Of a DNA stretch of 64,000 nucleotides, positions 12,805-25,654 are shown piece by piece. The stretch spans positions 253,954,001 to 254,018,000 of the forward strand of contig NC_086097.1 in NCBI RefSeq assembly GCF_963921235.1, read 5' to 3'. A program made the position numbers and the translations under genes. The first letter of the stretch is position 1; every line of letters begins with the position of its first letter. Source of the stretch: Mobula hypostoma. Taxonomy: Eukaryota. The notes under the pieces are model-generated. The model made no database searches, had not been told where the DNA came from, and was given only the letters and a program-made list of their open reading frames with translations.

Positions 12805-15050
12805 CCGTAAGACCATAAGATATAGGAGCAGAATTAGGCCTTTTAGTCCATTGAATCCTCTCCGCCACTTCAACATGGCTGATCCATTGTCCCCTCTCAC
12901 CCCAACCTTCTGCCTTCTCCCTGTATTCCTTCATGTCCTGACCAATTAATAGCCTATCAATATCTACCTTAAATGTACATAAAGACTTGGCCTCCACAGT
13001 TACCTTTTGCAATGAATTCCACGATTCACCACTCTCTGGCTAAAGAAATTCCTCCTCATCTCCATTCTAAATGGACACCCCTCTATTCTGAGGCTGTGTC
13101 CTCTGGTCTTAGGCTCTCGCACCATAGTACACATCCTCCTCAGATCCTCTGTCAAGGCCTTTCACCTTTTTATAGGTTTCATTAAGGTCACCCTTCATTT
13201 TGGTGAATACAGGCCCAGAGCCAAAAAACACTCTTCATATGACAAGCCATTCAAACCTGGAATTATTTTCTTGAACCTCCTCTGAACCCTCTCCAGTTTC
13301 AGCACATCCTTTCTAAGATAAGGGGTGTGCGAGGAAGCGGAAGAGAGGCGAGCGGGCAGGAGACTGTGCCGGGAAAAAAGCAAACCCTAGTCGGCCGGAT
13401 CTTCTGTCCATTCTGCTCTCCAATGGACATTAAATTGGACTGCATCCGACTCCAACCAAATACTCGGTGGGAGTACAGAAACAGACGGAATCCCAGACGC
13501 CACCATTCAGCTGTTTATTTATATAACAGTTTTCCCCCAAGCCATCGGACCACCAACCTACTGCCCTCCGCTGTGCCTATTGTCTTGCTTATTATTTATT
13601 GTAATGCCTGCACTGTTTTGTGCACTTTATGCAGTCCTGGGTAGGTCTGTAGTCTAGTGTAGTTGTGTGTTGTTTTACGTAGTTCAGTGAAGTTTTTGTA
13701 TTGTTTCATGTAGCACCATGGCCCTGAAAAACGTTGTCTCGTTTTTACCGTGTACTGTACCAGCAGTTATGGTCGAAATGACAATAAAAAGTGACTTGAC
13801 TTAACGAAAGTTCTCACAATACTCCAAGTGAGGTCTCACCAGTGCTTTATAAAGTCTCAACATTACATCCTTGCTTTTATACTCTAGTCCTCTTAAAATG
13901 AATGCTAACATTGCATTTGCCTTCCTCACCACAGACTCAACCTATAAATTAACTTTTGGCAAATTCTGCACAAGGACTCACAAATCCTTTTTGAACCGCA
14001 GTTTTTTGTATTTTCTCTCCATTTAGAAAGTAGTCAACCCTTTCACTTCTTCTATCAAAGTGCATGACCATACATTTCCCAACACTGTATTCCACCTGCC
14101 ATATTGTTGCCCATTCTCCCAATCTGTCTCAGTCATCTTTTAGCCTCTCTACTTCCTCAAAACTACCTACCCCTCCACCTATCATCTTATCGTCTGCAAA
14201 CCGCAACAAAGCCATCCGCTCCATCATCCAAATCACTGACACATAACGTAAAGAGAGTTGCTCCCAGCACACACCGCCGACAGCTGACCAGAAAAGGCTC
14301 TCTTTATTCCCACTCTTTGTCTCTAGCCAACCAGCCTCTGATTTATCCGTGCTAGAGTCTATCCTGTAATACCACAGGGTCATAGCTTGTAAACCAGCCT
14401 CATGTGTGGCACTTCTGAAAATCCAAGTACAGTATGCAACATCGACTGACTCTCCTTTGTTATCTTGCTTATTATTTCTTCAAAGAATTCCAACATATTT
14501 GTCAGGCAAGATTTTTCCTTGAGGAAACCGTGCTGACTATGGTCTATTTTACCATGTGCCTTCAAGTACCCTGAGACCTCATTCTTAACAATCGACTTCA
14601 ACATCTTCCCAACCACTGAGGTCAGACTAACTGGCGTATAGTTTCCTTTCTTTTGCCCCCTCCCTTGTTGAAAAGTGGAGTGACATTTGCAATTTTCCAT
14701 TCTTCTGGAACCATTCCAGAATCTAGTGATTTTTGAAAGATCATTACCAATGCCTCCACGATCTCTTCGGCCACCTCTTTCAGAACACTGTGTGTACAAC
14801 ATCTTGTCCAGGTGACTTGCCTACTGTCAGATCCTTCAGTTTCCTAAGAATGTTCTCCCTAGTAATGGTAACATCACACACTTCATGACCTCTGACTTCT
14901 GGATCTTCCACCATACTGCTAGTGTCTTCCACAGTGAAGACAGTAGCAAAATACTTATTCAGTTTGTCCACCATTTCCTTGCTCCCAATACTACCTCTCC
15001 AGCATCATTTTCCAGCAGACCATTATCCATTCTCACCTCTCTTTTACACT
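12805..15050 (-). mobile_element. Decayed CR1 LINE ORF2 and 3' end
   Basis: Minus-strand ORF fragments contain [23 protein letters not shown] and ERVQRRF. A (TCTTATGG)-like tail lies near 12805-12820. Confidence 0.85.
13325..13802 (+). mobile_element. Internally deleted Rex1/Babar-type non-autonomous element nested in CR1
   Basis: The start of an ORF2-like segment ([21 protein letters not shown]) is joined to a 3' UTR ending ATGACAATAAAAAGTGACTTGACTT. It interrupts the CR1 at AAGATAAGGGG. Confidence 0.65.
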
Positions 15051-15823
15051 TTTATGTTCTAGTCCTCTTGAAATGAATGCTAACATTGTATTTGCCAGAA
15101 AGGGGAAATGAAAGCCATAATTAAAAAGTCACTGGTGGCAACAAAATTGGAATAATGCGAAGAAAGGATGGCATTTATATACAATTCGGATGATGGTGGG
15201 AATTCACCTGGGAGATGGCTTATATATTTATGTATTCGACATGCAAGGTTGAATAATTCCTTGTTGAGAATTAATATGCATGATATTGTCATCTGGAGGG
15301 AGTGTTCTTGTCAAGAAACAGTAGTGTTTATTATTTGAATGCTGCTCCTATGAGGTGCAAAGGAAAGATCTAATTGCTAAATTGAGACCTTTGGCACAGA
15401 CACGGTTTAACATGGAAAGTGTATTAGGATATCACTGCCATTGGAATGTGTCTCCATGTGTATTTTTCAGATATTATTTGAGGTGTTTTGAGCAGGGGAA
15501 TGTCATGGGTATACTTCCTGGCTCTTTGCTCCACACTTCAACTCAGTAGGCGGAGATGATGCATCTTATTACGGTCTGCCAACTGCTATTAAACTTTGCA
15601 GGACAAAGAAGAGGACTTATCAGGAATATTGAGAATGGCAGGAATAAGGGGTGACAAAAAGAAGAGTTAAAACTCATTCCTCAACCTTCAGTTTCTGCGA
15701 ATAACTTATTGAATCAAGTTCAATATCACTGAGATACCTTGTGTAAAGTTTTGCTTTGTGGCAGCAGTTCAGTGCATGCATAAAGTACACTATAAATTAC
15801 AATAAGAAGTTTTTATGAAATTT

Positions 15824-16127
15824 AAGGCATCCGTTAGTCTTGCATGGATCTGCGCCTGGAAAGTCTCCAGTCTCCAGGGTGCAGGCCTGGGCAAGGTTGT
15901 ATGGAAGACCAGCAGTTGCCCATGCTGCAAGTCTCCCCTCTCCACGACACCGATGTTGTCCAAGGGAAGGGCAAGGGCCGATACAGTTTGGCACCAGTGT
16001 TGTTGCAGAGCAATGTGTGGTTAAGTACCTTGCTCAAGGACACAACACGCTGCCTTGGCTGGGGCTCAAACTCACAACCTTCAGGTCGCTAGTTGAATGC
16101 CTTAACCACTTGGCCACGTGCCCACAC
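15824..16127 (-). mobile_element. tRNA-derived SINE with a CORE-like domain and RTE-related 3' part
   Basis: A box TGGCCAAGTGG (16106-16116), B-box-like AGTTTGAGCC (16063-16072) and CORE-like GTGTCCTTGAGCAAGGTACTTAACC. The 3' part is shared with 34900-35265. Confidence 0.8.
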
Positions 16128-16544
16128 TATTTATCAAATAGGGAGTGGAAAAGAGAACAAAAATATTGAGGTGGTAATCATTGACTGCACAGAAATCTAA
16201 TGGCAGAAGGAAAGAAGCTGTTCATAGAGTCATAGAAAAGGACAGCTCAGAAACAGGCCCTTTGGCCCATCTAGTTCATGCCAAACCATTTAAACTGCCT
16301 ACTCCCAGTGACCTGCACCGGGACCATAGCCCTCCATAGTCCATGTGCCTGTCCAAACTTTGTTTAAACATTGAAGTCTTTTCAGTACAGTAGGTCCATG
16401 AAGTTAATGTTGCTTTGCCTCACTTCTATAGCCTCTGTCACCATCTCCTGAGTAAATACAGATGAAAAGAATACATTTAAGATCTCCCCCATCTGTTTTG
16501 TCTCCATACAAGCGTGACTTTTCTGTTCATAAAATGTTGTTGTC

Positions 16545-17510
16545 TTCAGGGTCCTGTACCTCCTCCCTGATGGCAGTAATGAGAAGAGGCCGTGTCCTGG
16601 GTGGTGGGAGTTCTTATTAAGTCGATGCCTTTTGTGGACGTCCTCGAAGGGGGGAGGCTGGTGCCCGTGTTGGAGCTGGTTGCGTTTGCTACTTTCTGCA
16701 GCTTTTTCTGATCATGTGCAGTGGCCCCTGCCCCTCCATACTGGATGGTGATGCAAACAGTCAGAATGTCTCCACGGCACATCTGGTGAAATCTGCTCGT
16801 GTCTTTGCTGACATACCAAACCTCCTCAAACTCTAAATGATGTATAACCACTGACATGCCTTCTTTGTAACTCCATCAACATGTTGGACCCAAAATAGAT
16901 CCTCAGAGAAAGCGGCATCTAGCCCTCTCCACTCACCCTTTCCACTACTGGTCCGTTGATGAGGATCGGAGTGTGTTCCCTTCACTTCCCCTCAATCAGT
17001 TCCTTGGTTTTACTGATGTCGAGTGCGAGGTTGTTGCCGCGACACCACGCAACCAGCTGATTAATCTCACTCCCGCACGCCTCCTCATCCCCACCTGAAA
17101 TTCTGCCAACAATAGTTCTGTTTTCGGGAAATTTATAGACGGCATTTGAGCTGTGCCTAGCCACACGGTCATGGGTGTAGAGAGAGTAGAGCAGAGGGCT
17201 AAACACACACCCCTGAGGAGCGCCAGTGTTGATCGTCAGCGAGGAAGATACGTTATCACAATCTGCTTTAATGATCCAGTTGCAGAGGACTAGATTTTAC
17301 AGTTTGCTGATTAGAACTGAGGGTATGATTGTGTTGAACGCTGAGCAGACTAGCATTGGTATTGCTATAGTCCAGGCGATCCAAGGCCAAGGGGATAGCC
17401 TGTGAGATCGCACCTAGTGTGCTGAGAGGCAGCCTGCGGTGGGTTCAGCTTCTTGTTCAGAGCTAATTCTGGCCGTGACCAACCTCTCCGAATCACCTCA
17501 TCACAGTGCG
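16545..17510 (-). mobile_element. Rex1/Babar LINE RT fragments
   Basis: PLLYSLYTHD, TIVGRISGGDEEA and WCRGNNLALDISKTKEL in ORF 16982-17206. Confidence 0.8.
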
Positions 17511-18152
17511 GCTGGGTGAGAATCGGTGAGGAGGAGCGGGGTCCACAGTGGCCCAATGAAACATTGTGTTGAGCTGGCCTAATGAAAAGAACTGATAAGC
17601 ATCACACGCAGGTGATGTCAGAGACAAACCGTGTAAGTGCATTGGACTGTTAGCAATAACAGAGAGACGGGGTGACAAAAAGAACTAAAATTCATTTCTC
17701 AGACTTTGGATTTTTGAGACGGACAACTTGTTCATCTACAACTTACTGGTATGCCCTTTTAGTTTGTAAAAATTGTACCCATATTTGATAAATCTTTGTA
17801 GTTTATAAATCTTCTGTACTTTGGAAATCTTTTATCAGTTACAAATCCTTCGAGTTTCACGTGAGTGTCAAGAATTATTTGTTTAAATTTAAGTGTATCA
17901 TTAAAACTCAAATAAACTGCATTTAAGCTATTCAATAGCTGGAAGTATCTTCTCCTTGGACTGAGGGAGACTCACCATTCAAGCAGTGGGTGTTGGCAGC
18001 TAAACCACAGAGACTAGACAGGAAATAACTAGTCCTTGCTGTAGCTGGATACAGTCTAACCTCCTCACAGTGAGGGTACCTGTGGATATCTATATCAGAT
18101 ATTTTATGTATTGCATTGTACTGCTGCTGCTAAGCAATACATTCCATGACAC

Positions 18153-19016
18153 AGACCCAGTGGTCACTTTATTGGTTACACCGGTACACCTGCTCATTAA
18201 TACAAATAACTAACCAGCCAATCATGTGGCAGCAACTCAAGGCATAAAAGCATGCAGACATGGTCAAGAGGTTCAACTGTTGCTCAGACCAAACATCACA
18301 ACGGGGAAGAAATGTGATCTAAGTGACTTTGACCTTGGAATGATTGTTGGCGCCAGACTGGGTGGTTTAAGTATCTCAGAAACTGCTGATCTTTTGGGAT
18401 TTTTGCACAGATCAGTTTCTAGAGTTTACAGAGAATGGTGTGCAAAAAAAACAAAACATATCCAGTGAGTGGCCATTCTGTGGATAAAATCACCTTGATG
18501 AGAGAGATCAGAGGACAATGGCCAGACTGGTTCAAGCTGATAGGAAGTCAAGAGTAACTCAAATAACCATGCATTGCAACAATAGTGTACAGAAGAGCAT
18601 CTCTGAATGCACAGCACGTCGATCCTTAAAGTGGATGGGCTCCAGCAGCAAGAAACAAGGTTTTTATTTTATTTGGAGATATGGTGTGGAACAGGCTCTT
18701 CCATCCCAACAACCTGCACTGCTCTGCAACCCACCTGTTTAACCCTAGCTTAATGATTGCACCATTTACAATGACCAATTCACCCACTAATTGGTACATC
18801 TTTGGCATGTGGGAGGAAACCAGAGAACCCGGAGGAAACCCACACAGTTTATGGGGAGAACGTAGAAACTTCTTACAGATAGCATCAGAATTTAACTCCA
18901 AACTCTGACGGCCCGAGCTGCAGTAACATCGCACTATCCGCTGTACTACCTTGACGCCCGAGGCAGAAGAGGACGGATTCCACTCCTGTACCTAACAAAG
19001 TGGCCACTGACTGTAT
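18153..19016 (+). mobile_element. Tc1-family DNA transposon, internally deleted
   Basis: TIRs CAGTGGTCACTTTATTGGTTACA and TGTACCTAACAAAGTGGCCACTG. Transposase N-terminal HTH DLSDFDLGMIVGARLGGLSISETADLLGF...VSRVYREW in ORF 18226-18468. Confidence 0.9.
18659..18959 (-). mobile_element. V-SINE (HE1-like) nested in Tc1, with a CR1-type tail
   Basis: V-domain signature TGTGGGAGGAAACCAGAGAACCCGGAGGAAACCCAC on the plus text. tRNA-like head near 18890-18959. The minus-strand tail is GGAAGAGCCTGTTCC...AAATAAAATAAAA. Confidence 0.8.
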
Positions 19017-19539
19017 ATCAGTGATAATTAGCCTGGTTCTGAATAGAAAATTCTGGAAATACTCTGCAGAATTTTAGAGTGAGAGTGAAACGGGATTAAT
19101 GTGACTGTCTGTGAAAACTGTTTACTGAGGTAAAACAACAGTTATTTCCCCTCAATATCTAGTGAGTGCTTCCAGCACTTTTTGATTAGATTTCCTCTGT
19201 CTGGCATCTGTGATGCATTACTTTTATGCTGTATAAATATTATTCCAATCTAAAGAGAGATAAAGATCTAAACGCTGATTTAACTGTGAATGTTGTCTGA
19301 ATAATCTGCGGTTTGCAAGAACAGTCTTTGCTAAATTGGCCACAATTGCCCTGTCATGCACATACCAGTGACCTGAACGTTTTGCAGAATTTTTCTCATG
19401 CATTCCAAAGAGCCTTGTGGAATCTGATTGAGCTTCTTAATCCATGGCAGTTCACTAATAATTGATCCCAATTCAAGACCTGGCATTGGGTTGTCTCACC
19501 TCTCCACTCTTTTCTTGCAAACTTAACTGGCATTGGTGA

Positions 19540-20705
19540 CATACCTGCTTTACTCCCTGTATACCCATGACTGTGTCACCACCCACAGCTCCAATCTGCT
19601 AATTAAATTTGATGACGATTCTACATTGATTGACCTAATCTCAAATAATAATGAGGCAGCCTACAGAGAAGTCATCACCCAGACACAGTGGTGTCAAGAA
19701 AACAACCTCTCCCTCAAAGTCTTAAAAACAAAGGAGCTGGTTGTGGACTACAGGAGGAATGGAGACAGACTCACCCCTATTGACATCAATGGATCTGGGG
19801 TTGAGAGGGTGAGCAGCTTTAAGTGCCTCAGCATAAACATCACTGAGGACCTCACGTGGTCTGTACACACTGGCTGTGTAGTGAAAAAAATTCCACACTG
19901 TACTTCACCTCAGACAGTTGAGGAAGTTTGGTATGGGTCCCCAAATCCTAAGAACTTTCTACAGAGCATCCTGACTGGCTGCATCACTGCCTGGTATGGG
20001 AACTGTACCTCCCTCAATCGTAGGACCACGCAGAGAGTGGTGCGGACAGCCCAGCGCATCTGTAGATGTGAACTTCCCACAATTCAGGACATTTACAAAG
20101 ACACCAGCTGTGTGGTGAAAAAGGCACAACAGCACCTCTTTCACCTCAGACGGTTGAAGAAGTTTGTTATCCTAAGTTATCCAAATTTACCTAAGTTACC
20201 CTGTTATCCAAATCCTAAGAACTTTCTACAGGGGCACAATTGAGAGCATCCTGACTGGCTGCATCACTGCCTGGTATGGGAACTGTACCTCCCTCAATCG
20301 CAGGACTCTGCAGAGAGTGGTGCGGACAGCCCAGCGCATCTGTAGTTGTGAATTTCCTATGATTCAGGACATTTGCAAAGACAGGTGTGTAAAAAGGGCC
20401 CACAAGATCATTGGGGACCTGAGTCACCCAACCACAATCTATTCCAGCTGCTACCATCTGGGAAACGGTACCGCAACATAAAAGCCAGGACCAACAGGCT
20501 CCGGGACAGCTTCCTCCACCAGGCCATCAGACTGATTAACTCATGCTGATATGAATGTGGTCTATATTACATTGACTGTTCTATTTATTATAAATTATTA
20601 TAAATTACTATGACTGTACATTGCACATTCAGACAGAGACGTAACGTAAAGATTTTTACTCCTGTATATGAATGAAGGATGTAAGAAATAAAGTCCATTC
20701 GATTC
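19540..20705 (+). mobile_element. Rex1/Babar LINE 3' half with an internal tandem duplication
   Basis: ORF 19533-20243 contains LYSLYTHDC, IKFDDD and KTKELVVDYRR. Segment ~19865-20100 recurs at ~20102-20382. Tail AATAAAGTCCATTCGATTC. Confidence 0.85.
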
Positions 20706-21355
20706 AAAAAGGATGTATCCTTCCACTTCAACAAAATGGCCCTCCTAGCTATCAATGTAACAAATGCAATAACATGTTGGTCAGACACAGAGATACCACG
20801 GATATTTTGAGGAATTATTCCAAAAAGCACAGTTATTTTTTTAGGTTTTAATTAGAAATTGTCGAAAAAACTGACTTCCAGAACTATTCCAGTTTAGAAC
20901 AAGACCAAAACATATGTGTCAATATAGTTGTCTCAGTTTTACATCTATCACAATAACTATCAACATTAGGAAGTATTTTAGACAGTCTCTCCTTCATCAA
21001 ATGGTAATGATGTACAATTTTAAATTGAATCAGTGAATGACTAGCACAGATCAAAAAAGTTAACAAGCTTCAGAATCCGCGTCCAATCCTCTGTCATAAA
21101 AGTCAAGTTAAGTTCCTTTTCCCAATCTTGTTTAATCTTAAATAAAGGACACTTATCCCATTGTAATAGTAAATTATAAATTCTTCCAATAGAACCCTTC
21201 GTTGAAGGGTTCATACTCATAATAGTATCTAACAGGTCAGCCCCCAATATATAAGGAAAATTACTTAAATAATTTTGTAAGAAATGTCTAACTTGAAGGT
21301 ATTGTAAGAAGTGTAAGTATGAAAGAGCATATTTATCAACTAATTGTTGATAATT
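20706..21355 (-). mobile_element. L1-clade LINE ORF2 C-terminal fragment
   Basis: QFKIVH...CDRC...HMFWSC zinc knuckle (ORF 20884-21066), FLQYLQVRHF and ARRAILLKWK. AT-rich. Confidence 0.85.
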
Positions 21356-21364
21356 CAACTGAGT

Positions 21365-22120
21365 GTGCTAGGTATTTTCTCTTTGGAGTGGAGGAGGATG
21401 AGAGGTGACTTGATAGAGGTGGACAGATAAGAGGTATAGATCAAGTGGACAGCCAGAGACTTTTTCCCAGGTGGAAGTAGCAAATACGAGGGGGATAATT
21501 TTAAGGTGTTGGAGGAAAGTATAGAGGTTGATGTTAAAGCAGGTGTTTTACACGAAGTGGTGGATACATAGAACGCCCTGCAAGGGGTAGTGGTATAGGC
21601 CTATTTTATCATGTGCCTCCATGTACCCCAAAACCACACCATTAATAATGGACCCCAACATCATCCCATCCATTGAGGCCTGCACTTTCCTTTCTTCTGC
21701 CTTCCTCCTTTCTTCAGAGTGGAGTGCCATTTGCAATTTTCTAGTTTTCCTGAACCATGCCAGAATCTATTGGTACTTGAAAGATCATCACTAATGCCTC
21801 CACAATATCTTCAGCCACCTCTTTCAGAACTCGGGGGTGTAGTCCATCTGATCCAGGTGACTTAACTAGCTTCAGACCCTTTTGGATTCCGAAGCACCTC
21901 CTCCTTAGTAATAACAACAACACTCACTTCTGCTCCCAACATGCTTAACATTTCTGGCATACCGTTACCTTCTTCTGCAGTGAAGACAGTCTCAAAATAG
22001 TTCGTCCGCCATTTCCTTGTCCCTCATCACTATCTGTCCAGTGTTGTTTTGCAGTGGTCTGATATCCCCTCTCATCTCTCTTTTACTCTTCATATACCTG
22101 AAAAAACTTCAGATATCCTC
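21365..22120. mobile_element. Two short CR1 fragments (plus strand ~21365-21600, minus strand ~21600-22120)
   Basis: RRMRGDLIEV-type coding on the plus strand and KSPGSDGLHPRVLKEVA on the minus strand. Confidence 0.75.
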
Positions 22121-22124
22121 AAGA

Positions 22125-22560
22125 TACCGGACACTCAGCTCCAAGTAGCTGTTCGCATGGGAAAGCGGCCACACCCTGGTACACCACTTCAACAGGTGAG
22201 TTAAACCAGGTGAGAGTAGCTGATGGCCCCATACTTGGCTCAGATAGGGACATACCTTTCCCAGTAATTGATGTCAACTCTGGCAGACTAATGGATGAGA
22301 CCTACAGTGAGATCCAACGGCCAGGAAGGCAGTTCTTCAACGCTTCGTGGAGAGTGAAGGACATGATGAGGCACAGAAGAAATCATGGTCATCCACTCCA
22401 ACCAAGGAATATCACAGTTGTGATGCCTATATAGACCATTGGACACAGACTTCTGATGCCAACAGAGTGGAACTGTCCCAGTGTAATGACTTCCACTTTA
22501 AAAACACTCCTGCACAGGTTCCTCTGTCATCGTCAGACATGACAGAAAACCACACATAGG
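22125..22560 (+). repeat. Non-coding interspersed repeat, probably a non-autonomous RTE-type element; copy 1
   Basis: Colinear with 30009-30403 (TAAACCAGGTG, GATAGGGACAT, CAGTGAGATCCAAC, ATGGTCATCCAC, CTCCTGCACAGGTT). Confidence 0.6.
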
Positions 22561-22614
22561 TTTCCCATCATTACCACGTTCAATGGACAATCCATCAACC
22601 AAATGCACACAAAG

Positions 22615-24412
22615 ATCTGTACTTGATCTGGTATTGAGGAATGAACGTGGTCAGGTGTCAGATCTCTCAGTGGGAGAGCATTTTGGAGGCAGAGATCACA
22701 ATTCTATCTTCTTTACCACAGCATTGGAGAGGAATAGGAACAGATAAGTTAGGAAAGTGTTTAATTGGTGTAAGGGGAAATATGAAGCTATCAGGCAAGA
22801 ACTTAAAGCATAAATTGGGAACAGAGGTTCTCAGGGAAGAACGGAAGAAATGTGGCAAATGTTCAGGGGATACTTATGTAGTGTTCTGCATAGGTACATT
22901 CCAATGAGACAGGGAAAGGATGGTAGGATACAGGAACCATGGTGTTCAAAGGCTGTTGAAAATCTAGTCAAGAAGAAAAGAAAACCTTACGAAAGATTCA
23001 AAAAACTAGGTAATGTTAGAGATCTAGAAGATTATAAGGCTAACAGGAAGGAGCTCAAGAAAGAAATTAGGACAGCCAGAAGGGGCCATGAGGAGCCCTT
23101 GGTAAGCAGGATTAAGGAAAACCCCAAGGCATTCTACAAGTATGTGAAGAGCAAGAGGATAAGACATGAGAGAATAGGACCAATCAAGTGTGACAGTGGA
23201 AAGGTGTGTATGGAACCAGAGGAGATAGCTGAGGTACTTAATGAATACTTTGCTTTAGTATTCACTACAGAAAAAGATCTTAGCGATTGTAGGAATGACT
23301 TGCAGTGGACTGAAAAGCTTAAGCATGTAGATATTAAGAAAGAGGATGTGCTAGAGCTTTTGGAAAGCATCAAGTTGGATAAGTTACCGGGACCGGATAA
23401 GTACCCCAGGCTACTGTGGGAGGTGAGGGAGGAGATTGCGGAGCCTCTGGCGATGATCTTTGCATCGTCGATGGGGGTGGTTCTGGAGGATTGGAGGGTT
23501 GCAGCTGTTGTTCCCTTATTCAAGAAAGGAATTAGAGATAGCCCAGGAAATTATAGATCAGTGAGTTTTACTTCAGTGGTTGGTAAGTTGATGGAAAAGA
23601 TCCTGAGAGGCAGGATTTATGAACATTTGGAGAGGCATAATATGATTAGAAATAGTCAACATGGCTTTGTCAAAGACAGGTCATGCCTTACGAGTCTGAA
23701 TGAATTTTTTGAGGATGTGACTAAACACATTGATGAAGGTAGAGCAGTAGATGAAGTGTATATGGATTTCAGCAAGGCATTTGATAAGGTACCCCATGCA
23801 AGGCTTATTGAGAAAATAAGAAGCCATAGGATCCAAAGGGACATTGCTTTGTGGATCCAGAATTGGCTTGCCCACAGAAGGCAAAGAGTGGTTGTAGACG
23901 GGTCATATTCTGCATAAAGATCGGTGATCAGTGGTGTGTTTTAGGGATTTGTTCTGGGACCCCCTTCTAGTCGTGATTTTTATAAATGACCTGGATGAGG
24001 AAGTGGAGGGATGGGTTAGTTAGTCTGCGGATGACACAAAGGTTGGGTGTGTTGTGGATAGTGTGGAGGGCTTTCAGAGGTTACAACAGGACATTGATAG
24101 GAGGCAAAACTGGGCTGAGAAGTGGCAGGTGTAGTTCAACCCAGATATGTGTGAAGTTGTTCATTTTGGGAGGTCAAATATGATGGCAGAATATAGTATT
24201 AATGGTAAGACTGTTGGCAGTGTGGAGGATCAGAGGGATCTTGGAGTCTGAGTCCATAGGACACTCAAAGCTGCTGTGCAGGTTGACTCTGTGGTTAAGA
24301 AGGCATACGGTGCATTGGCCTTCATCAACCGTGGGATTGAGTTTAGGAGCCAGGAGGTAACGTTGCAGCTATATAGGAGCCTGGTCGGACCCCACTTGGA
24401 GTACTGTGCTCA
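22615..24412 (+). mobile_element. CR1 LINE ORF2 pseudogene, 3'-truncated
   Basis: ORF 22850-23917 ([23 protein letters not shown]) is followed by multiple stops. Same subfamily as 32560-34800. Confidence 0.9.
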
Positions 24413-24535
24413 GTAACCCCCGACCCTCACTTCCAGGAAGGTCCAGAAAAAAGGGAGGGGTATAAGGATGGCCATTACTTTGTTTACAGTTTTCATTTCC
24501 TAATTTAAGAGTAGATACAGTAACAATTGAGGCAC

Positions 24536-24691
24536 TACAGAGCAGATTATCCAGGCTAATTCCAGTACAGAGGAGATTATTCAGGCTAATTCCAATACAG
24601 AGGAGATTTTCCAGGCTAATTCCAATACAGAGGAGATTTTCCAGGCTAATTCCAATACAGAGGATATTCTCCAAGCCAATTCCAGTGCAGA
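24536..24691. repeat. 30-bp minisatellite, ~5 copies
   Basis: Unit ~CCAGGCTAATTCCAATACAGAGGAGATTTT repeated head to tail. Confidence 0.95.
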
Positions 24692-25654
24692 CAAGGGAAA
24701 GGTTGCCCATGCTGGAAATCCAAGCAAGTCACACAATATGCTGAGGAACTGAGCAGGCCAGACAGCATCTGTGGATAATTCCAGTACAGAGGACTCCCGT
24801 TTCTGTTCTGCAATACTCTGACTATAAGTACAGAGATCCTAAAAAGGGGGCTTGACAGGGCATGTTTTCCCTGTGGGAGTCCCAAATAAGGGAATGTTAA
24901 TGCCAGATGAGGGTCTGATCATTTAAACCTGATGTACAGAGACCAATCATCTCACTGGATGTGCTGTATCTGCGGAATTCACTATTAGAACAGTACACTG
25001 CCATTACTGTAAGATTGTGCATCGGGCTGGATTATATGGTGAGACTGAAAGAATGAAAGGGTGTGGAGAAATGGCAGAGAGGAGATGCTGATATCAGCCA
25101 TGACAGGGGTCTGGTATAAAACTCCATCTCGTGTTGTGTTCTTGAGGAAGGAATGACCCGCAGCATGCTATCGACAGATCGGGACTGATTCTGCAACCTG
25201 CAGACTCTGCAGCATGTTTTCAGTATTATTATTTTGTCTTCTTTTGCACTTTGCTTGTTTGCCAGTCTTTATGTATAGTTTTTCCATGAAGTCTATTGTA
25301 TTTCTTTATTTATTCCTATGAAAGTTCACCAGAAAATGAATCTTAGGGTTGTATATGGTGACATTTATGAACTTTGTCTTTGAACTTTGAGGTCCTTGCA
25401 GCTTGAGCCAGCCACATTATTTTTACAGCTGATGTGAACCAAGCAGAAAAATGTGTCATATTAAAGACCTCTTAAAACAAAAGCAGGAATTGTTTTCTTT
25501 TTATAATGGCTTGCATTATTAATGACATCTGGATATAGTGTATTTATGTACTTTCTGAACTCTGAATCTAGGAACTACTCCCATATATAAATACGATAGG
25601 AGATAATATAACCCATGTGATAACTCAAGCAAAGGCAGAATGCTGGACTGTGCT

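Noticed and set aside
15880..16000. HDV-like ribozyme in the SINE/RTE shared module
   Set aside because: I could not assign P1 or the J4/2 catalytic motif by eye. A descriptor search would be needed.
16060..16127. tRNA gene
   Set aside because: It is the head of a SINE. The B box is imperfect and it runs into a CORE-like domain rather than an acceptor stem and terminator.
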